DNA from: Gemmatimonadota bacterium
GTDB lineage: Bacteria; Gemmatimonadota; Gemmatimonadetes; Longimicrobiales; Gaopeijiaceae
DNA length: 64,000 nucleotides
Assembly (NCBI GenBank): GCA_040882465.1
Contig: JBBEBG010000026.1
Coordinates: 195,974 to 259,973, forward strand
Reading direction: 5' to 3'
In this document: positions 38,570-47,145 of the stretch, in pieces
How positions within the stretch are numbered: the first letter of the stretch is position 1
Layout: the number at the start of each line of letters is the position of its first letter
The notes under the pieces: model-generated
Seen by the model: the letters and a program-made list of their open reading frames with translations, nothing else
The model's database searches: none
Told to the model about the DNA's origin: nothing
Program-made: the position numbers and the translations under genes

Positions 38570-39400
38570 ATGACGTCGAACGCCGAGCCGCGACCAGGGG
38601 ATGTGGATGTCCGGGACCTCCCGGGCCTCCTCGCCGCTCCGTCCTGGCTCGCGGAACGGGTGGGGCGACCGGGCCTTCGCGTCGTGGATCTGCGCGACTC
38701 CGATGCGTACGAAGCGGGTCACGTTCCAGGGGCCGCGCACCTGAACCTCTCCGAGCTCGGTGCGACCGTGGCCGGATGTGAAAACGTCCTCATTCCTCCC
38801 GCGGAGCTCGGCGAGCTCATGGCCGCCTGCGGAATCTCGAACGGGGACGCAGTGGTGGCGTACGACGACCAATGGGGGCTCGCGGCCGCCCGTCTCGTTT
38901 GGGCGCTCCATCGGTACGGGCACGAGCGCGTCGCCGTGCTGGACGGGGGGTGGGACCGCTGGCACGACGAGGGAGGGCCGGTGGGCGAAGGAAAAGAGCG
39001 GCTCCCCCGAGGAAGCTTCGAGGCCACGCCCCGGCTCGACGTCCTTGCCGATGCCGACTGGATCGCCCGGCGGATCGAGGACGGCAACGCCATCCTCCTC
39101 GACACGCGGACGCCGATGGAATTCGAGCGGGGTCATCTCCCCGGGGCCATCGTCTGGGACTGGTTCAACGCCGTCCCCACCGCGTCGTGGAACGTGTCGC
39201 GCGATCCGGAGGAGCTTCGCGCCGAGTGGCGCACGCTCGGGGTCGAACCGTCCGGCGAGATCGTCGTCTACTGCAGATCGGGGATGCGGGCCGCACACAC
39301 CTGGCTGGTGCTCAGGAACGCGGGCTTCTCGCGGGTGCGCCTGTATGACGGGTCCTGGCAGGAGTGGGTGATGAGGGGTGGGGGCGGCGATGGCCGCTGA
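38570..39400 (+). CDS. tandem-rhodanese sulfurtransferase (thiosulfate/3-mercaptopyruvate type)
   Basis: Two rhodanese domains. Active-site loop VVYCRSGMRAAH in the second. The first 68 codons of ORF 38366.. are discarded. Confidence 0.85.
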   Translation: MTSNAEPRPGDVDVRDLPGLLAAPSWLAERVGRPGLRVVDLRDSDAYEAGHVPGAAHLNLSELGATVAGCENVLIPPAELGELMAACGISNGDAVVAYDDQWGLAAARLVWALHRYGHERVAVLDGGWDRWHDEGGPVGEGKERLPRGSFEATPRLDVLADADWIARRIEDGNAILLDTRTPMEFERGHLPGAIVWDWFNAVPTASWNVSRDPEELRAEWRTLGVEPSGEIVVYCRSGMRAAHTWLVLRNAGFSRVRLYDGSWQEWVMRGGGGDGR

Positions 39401-40637
39401 GACAGCGCGCCCCGGAAGGGGGGCTGCGGGCGGGGGCGCACCTTCCCACGGCGCGCTCCGCGCGGTCGCGGCCTGGCTGCTGGCTGCCGTCGTCTGGGTG
39501 GCGGCGCACGGCTACGACACGCAGTTCTCGAGGTTCTGGGTCTTCGGACTCGCCTTCGGGTTCGTCCTTCAGCGCGGGCGTTTCTGTTTCGCATCGGCCT
39601 TTCGCGACCTCTTCCTGCTGGGCCACGGGCGCACCATGAAGGGGGTCCTCCTCGGTCTCGCGGTCGCGTCGGTCGGGTTCGCCGTCGTCATGGCCCGCCA
39701 GATCCCCAACGCATCCCTCGGCTTCGATCCGCCGACCGCGAACATCCTTCCCATCGGGGCGCACACGGTACTCGGCGGGCTCCTCTTCGGCGTGGGCATG
39801 GTGCTCGCGGGCGGCTGTGTCTCCGGGAGCCTCTACCGCATGGGCGAAGGTTACGTCGCCTCGTGGGTGGCCTTCGCCGGAGTCATGGGCGGGCTACTCG
39901 GCTCGAGCTACACCTGGAACTGGTGGTGGGAGGCGTCCATCGCGAGTGGCCCGCGTATCTGGTTGCCGCGCTTGCTCGGGCACCCGGGGGCGCTGGTCGC
40001 GACCCTCCTCGCGCTGGCGGCCACCTTCGTCTGGGTGCTCCGGATCGAGCGCCGCGCCGGCGTGGTCCTGCCGGCGGTACGCCCCGCGGACGAGGCTTCG
40101 GAGAGCGTGACCGACGACTTGAAAGCGATCGGCCGGGGCGTGTTCGTGCGGGGCTGGCCGGTCCTCGTCTCGGGTGCGGTGCTGGGCGCGCTGAACGTCC
40201 TCCTCTTCACCGCGCAGGAGCCCTGGGGATTCACGGGGGAAATCGCCCGCTGGACGAGCGGGCTCGCGGGATTGTTCAGCGCCCCGCCACCGGTTCCCGC
40301 CGGGGCGAGCGAGCTCCCCGGGTGCGTGCTCGTCCCCCTGGACGGCTCGATTCTCAACCACATGACCTTCATGGTCGGCGGGATGTGGTTCGGCGCCTTC
40401 GCCGCTGCGCTCGGGGCCGGGGAATTCAAGCTGCGGATCCCGAGGCGGCCCGTGAGGTACGCACAGTCCCTCGGCGGCGGGGTATTGATGGGGTACGGTG
40501 CCGGAATCGGCATCGGATGTACGATCGGAGCCTTCTTCTCCGCGGTGCCGTCGCTTGCGGTGAACGGCTGGGTGTTCGCGGTCTTTCTGGGGGTCGGTGC
40601 CTGGCTCGGCACCCGGATCATCGGTAGAATCGCGTGA
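39390..40637 (+). CDS. YeeE/YedE-family (TsuA-like) sulfur-compound transporter
   Basis: Two DUF395 repeats with conserved Cys loops (GCVSGSLYRMGEG, FVLQRGRFCFASAF). Start overlaps the rhodanese stop. Confidence 0.85.
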   Translation: MAAETARPGRGAAGGGAPSHGALRAVAAWLLAAVVWVAAHGYDTQFSRFWVFGLAFGFVLQRGRFCFASAFRDLFLLGHGRTMKGVLLGLAVASVGFAVVMARQIPNASLGFDPPTANILPIGAHTVLGGLLFGVGMVLAGGCVSGSLYRMGEGYVASWVAFAGVMGGLLGSSYTWNWWWEASIASGPRIWLPRLLGHPGALVATLLALAATFVWVLRIERRAGVVLPAVRPADEASESVTDDLKAIGRGVFVRGWPVLVSGAVLGALNVLLFTAQEPWGFTGEIARWTSGLAGLFSAPPPVPAGASELPGCVLVPLDGSILNHMTFMVGGMWFGAFAAALGAGEFKLRIPRRPVRYAQSLGGGVLMGYGAGIGIGCTIGAFFSAVPSLAVNGWVFAVFLGVGAWLGTRIIGRIA

Positions 40638-40674
40638 GGCCTGGATTCAATTGGACGGAGCGAGAACCGGATCG

Positions 40675-40917
40675 CACATGGCGCAGAGACTGGACGTGAG
40701 GGGCGAGATCTGTCCCTACCCGATGATGCGCACGGTGACGGCGCTCAAGAAGCTCCCGGCGGACGAACGAATCCTCGAAGTGATCACGGACCACGCCCCC
40801 GCGCTCGACACGATTCCCACTCAGGCCGCCCGACTCGGTTTTCGGACGGAGGTGGACGAGGTGGGTGGATCCGAGTGGCGCCTGGTGCTCACGCGCGCGG
40901 CGGCGGACGTAAGATAA
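40675..40917 (+). CDS. TusA-like sulfurtransferase (TsuB-like)
   Basis: MAQRLDVRGEICPYPMMRTVTALKKLPADERILEVITDH carries the CPxP motif. 80 aa. RBS GGAGCGAG upstream. Confidence 0.8.
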   Translation, partial: HMAQRLDVRGEICPYPMMRTVTALKKLPADERILEVITDHAPALDTIPTQAARLGFRTEVDEVGGSEWRLVLTRAAADVR

Positions 40918-40934
40918 TGGCCCGGCTCGAGCGC

Positions 40935-41429
40935 ACCGGCGGGACGAACGGAACCATACAGCAACGGGGAGTGATCGTGAGACTCGAAAGCATTGCCGCA
41001 TGCGTCGTGGCCTGCGCCGTCCTCGGCGGTTGCGTGGCCGGGGCTCCGGAGGCCGAAGCTCCAGAAGCCGACGCCCCCACCGTGGTAGGGGAAAGGGTGA
41101 CCGTCGACGGAGGCGAATACACGAACATCGCCGTTCCCGAGCTCCAGGCGATGCTCGAGGACAAGGACTTCCCGCTGATCAACGTTCACATCCCGTACGC
41201 TGGGGATCTCCCCGGCACGGACGACTCCATCCCCTACAACGAGATCGGGAGCCATCTGGACCGGCTGCCGGCCGACAAGGGCGCGAAGATCGTCCTCTAC
41301 TGCCGGACCGGTCCGATGAGCGTGACCGCTGCTCGGGAGCTGGTGACCCTCGGGTACACGAACGTCTACAATCTGGTCGGCGGAATCACAGCATGGATCG
41401 AGTGGGGACTGCCACTGGCGGGCACGTAA
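40935..41429 (+). CDS. single-domain rhodanese lipoprotein
   Basis: GTG start after GGGGAG. Lipobox LGGCVAG. Rhodanese active site KIVLYCRTGPMS. Confidence 0.7.
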   Translation, partial: TGGTNGTIQQRGVIVRLESIAACVVACAVLGGCVAGAPEAEAPEADAPTVVGERVTVDGGEYTNIAVPELQAMLEDKDFPLINVHIPYAGDLPGTDDSIPYNEIGSHLDRLPADKGAKIVLYCRTGPMSVTAARELVTLGYTNVYNLVGGITAWIEWGLPLAGT

Positions 41430-41780
41430 CGCCAATTCACGCCAGAGTTGGCCGATGATCCGGGGGCCGGGGCGGACCGAGGATGGTTCGCCGCCTCCCG
41501 ACTCAAGGGATGAGGGCGGGTACCGGCGTCATGCGGTCTACGTCACCGTGCCCGAGGCGCCCGCGGAAACCCCATCCCCGGCAATAAATGGCGTCTCCGG
41601 TGGTGGCGCCGCGGGTGCGCGGGGATCCGGCTGGAATGACTCGCCGCTGGTGGCCGCCGCTCACGAGCGCAGGCACCGCTCTGTCGGTGGTCGTTCCCTC
41701 ACGGAGTCGGCCGCCGGCCTGGCCAGTCTGTTCTTCCACGAGAAACGGGCCGCTCCCGCACCCATTCCGGCCTGCACGTG

Positions 41781-42932
41781 TCAACGGTACCTGACAACGA
41801 TCTCTCCCCCGTCCGGAACGGCTTCGAATACGATGCGGTTGTCACGACGTTCATGACGGAGAACGTTTTCCGCCTGTGACAGCGCCATCTGGCCCCGGCC
41901 GGACGGAACCGTCAGAGCGATCGTCAGAGGCTGGTTGTACAGCGCATCGTCCGCAAGTTCATCCGAAAGCGTCAGCGTCATCCCCACATCTGTCTCTGAG
42001 TTCAAAGTCAGGCGCGCCGACCTTCGCTCCCTGTGGTATCGCAACGCCTTCCCGAATGTCGTCACCCACGTAAGAGACTGCCGATCCTGAACGATATTCA
42101 GATGTTCATTCAAGAGATCCTCGGATATCGGTTCCCACCAGGCATCCTCCACCGTGTCGGAGTGAATGCTGTGGTAGACGAGGATGTAGAGACCACCTGT
42201 TTCGATGGCAAAATCGAGGGTCTGGGTGAAGTCGGCACGATCGCGGATCACATATGCGTCCGTCGCGGAAATTCGGTAGTATTCTCGTTCGTCCGCAGCG
42301 AAGTCGTAGGGCATCACTGCGATAACCGGGTCGTACTTTCGGGCTCCCACGAAGTCCGAGCTTATCAGGTAGTCGATCGTCTCGGAGCCATCATAACCGA
42401 AGGGATACGCAAAGGTCGTTGGCACCACCCCGATACGCGCTCTGATGAGTTCATTCGCCCCCGCGATTTCGTGGTCCAGCCGCTCCAACATCGTCGGTGC
42501 GGGCCCTCCGCCGCCGCCCCCGGTCGGGGCTACGAGGCGGACATGTGACTGTGTATGATTAGCGATCTCGATCCCATTTCTCGCCGCGATATCCAGGTTG
42601 AGGTAGTCCTGGAACTCCGCATTTGCGGTGGTTACGAAGATCGTGGCCTCGATGCCGTGCCCAACAAGCATGGGAATTGCGAGCTCAGCTTGCCCTGGCG
42701 AAAGGTCGTCGAAGGTGAGGACGGTGGCGGAGCGCTTGAACTGAAACCACTCGGCGATCTCGTAGTCCAGGCCGTTCTCCAGGCCGGCTTGGCCTCCTTC
42801 CGCTTGGCCTGAGACGCCCGTGGCGGCGTCGCCCTCTTCCCTCGTGTTCGCATCGGGAGAGGTCCGCCCACACCCCGACAGCAACAGCGGGACGAAGCCG
42901 AGCGTGAGCCACATCGAAGTCTTGCTCTTCAC
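41781..42932 (-). CDS. polysaccharide deacetylase (NodB-homology, CE4) lipoprotein
   Basis: Lipobox LLLSGC. TFDD motif (ATVLTFDDLSPGQ). His motifs (IANHTQSHVRL, LVYHSIH). Local GC about 55-57%, versus about 70% in the flanks. Confidence 0.85.
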   Translation of the reverse strand: MKSKTSMWLTLGFVPLLLSGCGRTSPDANTREEGDAATGVSGQAEGGQAGLENGLDYEIAEWFQFKRSATVLTFDDLSPGQAELAIPMLVGHGIEATIFVTTANAEFQDYLNLDIAARNGIEIANHTQSHVRLVAPTGGGGGGPAPTMLERLDHEIAGANELIRARIGVVPTTFAYPFGYDGSETIDYLISSDFVGARKYDPVIAVMPYDFAADEREYYRISATDAYVIRDRADFTQTLDFAIETGGLYILVYHSIHSDTVEDAWWEPISEDLLNEHLNIVQDRQSLTWVTTFGKALRYHRERRSARLTLNSETDVGMTLTLSDELADDALYNQPLTIALTVPSGRGQMALSQAENVLRHERRDNRIVFEAVPDGGEIVVRYR

Positions 42933-43040
42933 CTGGAAGCTCCCCTGATGGTCACAGGCGGGCGCGTCGGGACTTCAGTCCTGACGGCGCCAGCGACGTC
43001 CGAGCCTTCTCGATCCGTCGGATCTGCGCGATCCTCCCAC

Positions 43041-44399
43041 TCACTTTCCAAGACTCAGCCTCTCGACCAAGGCTTCCGCCAGAACGCGGTTGAGTGCCCC
43101 GGAGTGGTGCCAGTCGTCGTCCGCGACCCTCCAGCGGCGCTCACTGAAGTCGACGATTCCGCTCAGGTCGATGACGGGCACCTGCTCGGCCTCGAGTGCC
43201 TTTTTGAGACGAACCACCGTCTCGGCCTGGTCTGCGGTCGAAACCGGAGCCATGACCACGTAGAAGTCGACCTCCTCAAAGAGTGGCTGGAGGCGATCGG
43301 CTACTGTCCGGAGGATACGCGCGGTCAGGACGAAGTCCCCGTCGCCGTACCGCAAAGGCAGAACCAGACCAAAACGACTCAGGATGTTCGAGCGATTCCA
43401 ATAGTGTTGCGCGAGCGTCCGAAGGGGCCGCGCACGGAAGAAGCTCCCGAGGCGCACGGGTTCGCCGGCCGCGCCCAATTCGTAGTAGGAGAATCCCTTC
43501 CCCCACACCGGCGCGACCTGACTACTTCCCACGACTCGGCCCATGTGCGCGGGGATGAATGTGTAGATCGCGATCCCTCGGCGTTCGGCGACTTCGCTTG
43601 CGAGGTCGCGCACGTCCAGTAGGTCGAGAGCCTGTGTCGGGCCGTAGCCGTGCATCCCGTAGTTGTACGGATGACTATCACCCGCCATGGAGGCGACCGC
43701 GGCCGGGAGCGTTTCTTCCTGATTGAGCCCCTCTCCAAAGGTGTTGGAGTCTCCAAAGAAGAGGAGGAACCGGTCCGACGACCGTCCACCGGTCCCCGGG
43801 GTTTCCCGCCGGCCCAAGGAGTCGATCCGATAGGTGACGTCGTACGCAACCTCGCCGTCCACCATGCTTCGATGACGAGCAGTCACGGCGGGGGAAACCA
43901 CATAGCTCAACACCTCGTCGAATTCGTAGTACGACCTGGCGTCGACCGGCTCCGGCTCGCCCTCGGCAATTGGCCAGGGCGGCGGCATGAGCCCCAGCAC
44001 GGTCTCCACTCCCAGCCCCAGTGCGATGAGAAGCGCCAGGTTGACCTGAATCAGGCGCGGCAAGACGGCGACGGCTGCGAAGCCCAGGGTTCCCAAGAGC
44101 GGCACGGCATGCAGCAGATGGAAAGCGAGCGGGTCGCTTTCCAAGGCGCCCAAGTGGATGCCGTCCGGGCCGACGGCGTGGATGCCCAGCGCGAGGAACC
44201 CCGCGTGAAGCGCCGCAGTCAGAGCACAAGTCGCGCGGACCGACGCACCCTTTTCGAAGGAAGGCAGCCTGAGGATCGCGAACCCGGCTGCGACTGCGAG
44301 TCCCGCCCCCAGTAGACCGTGGACCGGGGACAGGGGCGCCAAGAGCGCCAGTGTCGGGACCGCGGTCATCGGCGCAATCAGGCGCCCATACGGCCACAT
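43041..44399 (-). CDS. membrane-anchored SGNH/GDSL-family protein (putative glycan O-acyl esterase or transferase)
   Basis: N-terminal ~200 aa polytopic hydrophobic region. Then GDS block (FLLFFGDSNTFGEG) and C-terminal D-x-x-H (ADDDWHHSG). The start within ORF 43041..44573 is uncertain (M59 or M69). Confidence 0.65.
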   Translation of the reverse strand: MWPYGRLIAPMTAVPTLALLAPLSPVHGLLGAGLAVAAGFAILRLPSFEKGASVRATCALTAALHAGFLALGIHAVGPDGIHLGALESDPLAFHLLHAVPLLGTLGFAAVAVLPRLIQVNLALLIALGLGVETVLGLMPPPWPIAEGEPEPVDARSYYEFDEVLSYVVSPAVTARHRSMVDGEVAYDVTYRIDSLGRRETPGTGGRSSDRFLLFFGDSNTFGEGLNQEETLPAAVASMAGDSHPYNYGMHGYGPTQALDLLDVRDLASEVAERRGIAIYTFIPAHMGRVVGSSQVAPVWGKGFSYYELGAAGEPVRLGSFFRARPLRTLAQHYWNRSNILSRFGLVLPLRYGDGDFVLTARILRTVADRLQPLFEEVDFYVVMAPVSTADQAETVVRLKKALEAEQVPVIDLSGIVDFSERRWRVADDDWHHSGALNRVLAEALVERLSLGK

Positions 44400-44416
44400 C
44401 GTGTCGGCGACTCCGG

Positions 44417-46636
44417 TCAGGGTGAGCGGCTCTTGCGAGCCGCCTTTTGGGGTGCCCCTTCCCTGAATCCACGGGATCGAAGGAGGATGGAAGCCCGCGT
44501 CGGGATCGGTGATTCCGCTAGCGTGCGGGGAGGCGGTCGCCTTTCGGTGGCGGCACGCCGCAAACTGGTCCACGCCAACCGAAGGTCTTCGCGGGTTTCC
44601 TTGATACCCACAAGGTGCGTCATCGCGTACGCGAGGAACGCGCCATTAAAGGCCGCGAACGCCGAGTGAGCCCACCGCCCGAAGAAGAGGTCCACGATTG
44701 AGTTGACGAAGCAGTAGACAAGAAGGCCGATTGGAGCCAGGAGATAGAGGGCCTGCACGAACGTCCGCGAAGCGATCTTCGGCGTGCGTCCAAAGGGCGT
44801 CTTGCGTCCCGTCATCGCCTGGCGGAGAGACATGCCCACGCCGGCGAGGTGGACAGGGATCAGGAGCAAGTTGAGTGCATAGACCCGGAATACGTCGGTC
44901 CAGCTGTAGCCGGACAGCGCCTGGTCGCGCGCATAGAGCGCGAAATAAGGGAGGGCGGTCAGCGGAAGCCAAAAGCTGCGCATGGCTTCCTCGAACGGAT
45001 AAAGGATCAGAAGGAGGACTCCCAAGCTGCCCCCCGCCAGGGAGGTCAGATAATGCGTGCGCACGAACGCTTCTTGCGGCCGCACGAACGGAAGTGCCCT
45101 TCCCAGAATGTGGCGCAGGAGCTTGGGAAGAATGATCAGCCCCCCATTCGCCCAGCGGCGCCGCTGGATGACCAGGGCGCCGAAATCCGGAGGGGTCGCG
45201 CTGTAAGCGAGGCGGTTCGGGTAGTTGTACAGACTCCACCCCCGCTCGATCAGATCGATGCTGGATTCCGTGTCCTCGATCACGGTCCGGTCCTGAATGA
45301 ACCGAATTACCGGGTAGCCCCTTTCGACCCCGGGGACGGCGATTTCATCCAGGGCCGCTCTGCGGATAAGGGCGTTCGCGCCAACCCAATAGGTTCCCGC
45401 ACACCAAGTGAAGCCCTGGTGGACGATATGCTGAACGTCGGTGGTCGATCCTGCCAGCCGTTCAAGCCGGCTCGTGGCCCCGGGAAAGGCGCTGTACGGC
45501 GTCTGGATGACCGCGAGACGTTCTCTTCCCGGCTTCCGCATCTCGTGGATGAGGCGCAGGGCGTAGTCATTAAGCAGGGCGCTGTCCGCGTCGAGCGTGA
45601 TCAGCAACTCGGCTGCGGGCACTTCCAGGTCCGCCTCGGCCTCGGTCGTGGGCACGAGGTGCAAGCCGTCGGCCTGCCTGACCTTCTTGAATCGCCCTCC
45701 CATGAGCCCGATGTAAGCATTCAGGTTCATCGCCTTGTTCGCTTCGTGGGAAAGGTTCGTGTAGCCCTTTCGCTCGAAACTGGTGATGTCCGTTCGGAAG
45801 AGAGTCGCAAGGCGGCGATACTCTCGGTCAAGATCTGCGGGACTGAGCGAACGCCCAGTCCCCGTCGCGGACCTTCTCAGCTCCGCGGCTCGCTCGCGGT
45901 GGAGAGCCGCCGGATCGCGGAGGATCCTTGCAATGACGAGATCGTCGCTGTGGTCGAAGCGTGGGGCCCCATCTGCGAACTCCTCCAACCAACGCGCCGC
46001 CTCGTCATAATGCGCCGCAAGGGCGTGGCACTCTGCAACGTTTTCACACGTTCCGCCCTCCTTACGAGCGAAGTACCTGTCGCCCGCATCGGTGAAGCCC
46101 TTCGCCAGTGGGGCGAGCAGAGCGGAAAGGCGCTGCGGCAGATCCCGTGCGGCGGCAAGCCCGCGAGCCGCTTCGGGGGTGCTGGGGTTCGGCGAATCGT
46201 CAATCAGGAGGACGATGCTCTTGCGTGGGTACTCCATGAGGGCCGCGGAGAGCAGCGTTTGCCAAATGACCCTCTCCTCCTCCCGATACGATGGCACCAG
46301 CACCGTGAGCCAGGGAGCAGGCGCATCGTAGAGTCGCTCGAGCGCCTCCCTCGACGCCGGACGGTGGGCCCGACTTCGGACGAGTGAGCCAAGGCGCGCC
46401 ACCTGGTAGACCAGGTTGCCGTAGATCAGGAAGTAGACGATCGCAATGAAGATGCCCTGTTCGGCGATCCCCCAGGCGCCTCCTCCCCGAATTCGATCCC
46501 GAAGCGTGCCGCCGACGTCGCTGCCCAGCATCACCGCGGCAACCATCGTGACCCCGAGCGCCAGGAGTGTCAGCGCGATTTCGCGCCGGAACCGCGATTC
46601 GCAGGAGATCCCGGTCGCCGGACGCGTGGAGGTCAT
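44417..46636 (-). CDS. processive family-2 glycosyltransferase (synthase-type, PgaC/BcsA-like) with long insertion in the catalytic domain
   Basis: N-terminal TMs. D / DAD / TED / QRRRW motifs (LLIDDSPN, ITLDADS, IEDTESSIDL, QRRRWANG). Multiple C-terminal TMs. About 190 aa lie between the first Asp motif and DxD. Start taken at MTSTRPATG. Confidence 0.8.
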   Translation of the reverse strand: MTSTRPATGISCESRFRREIALTLLALGVTMVAAVMLGSDVGGTLRDRIRGGGAWGIAEQGIFIAIVYFLIYGNLVYQVARLGSLVRSRAHRPASREALERLYDAPAPWLTVLVPSYREEERVIWQTLLSAALMEYPRKSIVLLIDDSPNPSTPEAARGLAAARDLPQRLSALLAPLAKGFTDAGDRYFARKEGGTCENVAECHALAAHYDEAARWLEEFADGAPRFDHSDDLVIARILRDPAALHRERAAELRRSATGTGRSLSPADLDREYRRLATLFRTDITSFERKGYTNLSHEANKAMNLNAYIGLMGGRFKKVRQADGLHLVPTTEAEADLEVPAAELLITLDADSALLNDYALRLIHEMRKPGRERLAVIQTPYSAFPGATSRLERLAGSTTDVQHIVHQGFTWCAGTYWVGANALIRRAALDEIAVPGVERGYPVIRFIQDRTVIEDTESSIDLIERGWSLYNYPNRLAYSATPPDFGALVIQRRRWANGGLIILPKLLRHILGRALPFVRPQEAFVRTHYLTSLAGGSLGVLLLILYPFEEAMRSFWLPLTALPYFALYARDQALSGYSWTDVFRVYALNLLLIPVHLAGVGMSLRQAMTGRKTPFGRTPKIASRTFVQALYLLAPIGLLVYCFVNSIVDLFFGRWAHSAFAAFNGAFLAYAMTHLVGIKETREDLRLAWTSLRRAATERRPPPRTLAESPIPTRASILLRSRGFREGAPQKAARKSRSP

Positions 46637-47145
46637 AGGCCTTCGGGAGAACTGCGTCTGGTCGGCGTTAAGGCGGACGTTGGCAGGTAGGTTGAAAAGT
46701 GAGTAACCTCTCGAAGACCGACACCAAGTGTCAAGCCGCCGGCCTTGAAGCCCCCGGCAAGGGTTTGGCCGCTCGGGCAAGGCGAATGGAAATCTGCAAT
46801 CGGTATGCCGGGAAGTTTGGGGCTCGCCCCAAGAGACACGGAGGACTGAGATCGTTGATGAGGCGGGCTTCTTGGGAGGCCGTTATCATGTCCGCCGGAT
46901 GGAGCCGGGGCGTATCGTTCGCAGTGTCGCGACGGCACCTGTGGCGAGCAATCACCAGGTAGGGTGGTCCTGGCGGCGTTGGTTGCCAACCGCCGCGCCG
47001 TCTTTCGGGATTCGACTGAATCGAGCACTCGTCGCTGCCGGCCGCCCTATGGGCCCAGTTCTTGCGCTCTTGCGGCCCCCGCCGCACCTGCGAGCCAGCA
47101 CTGATCCGATCGCGTGGGGACAGCGACCAGAATGAGTCAACCTGA

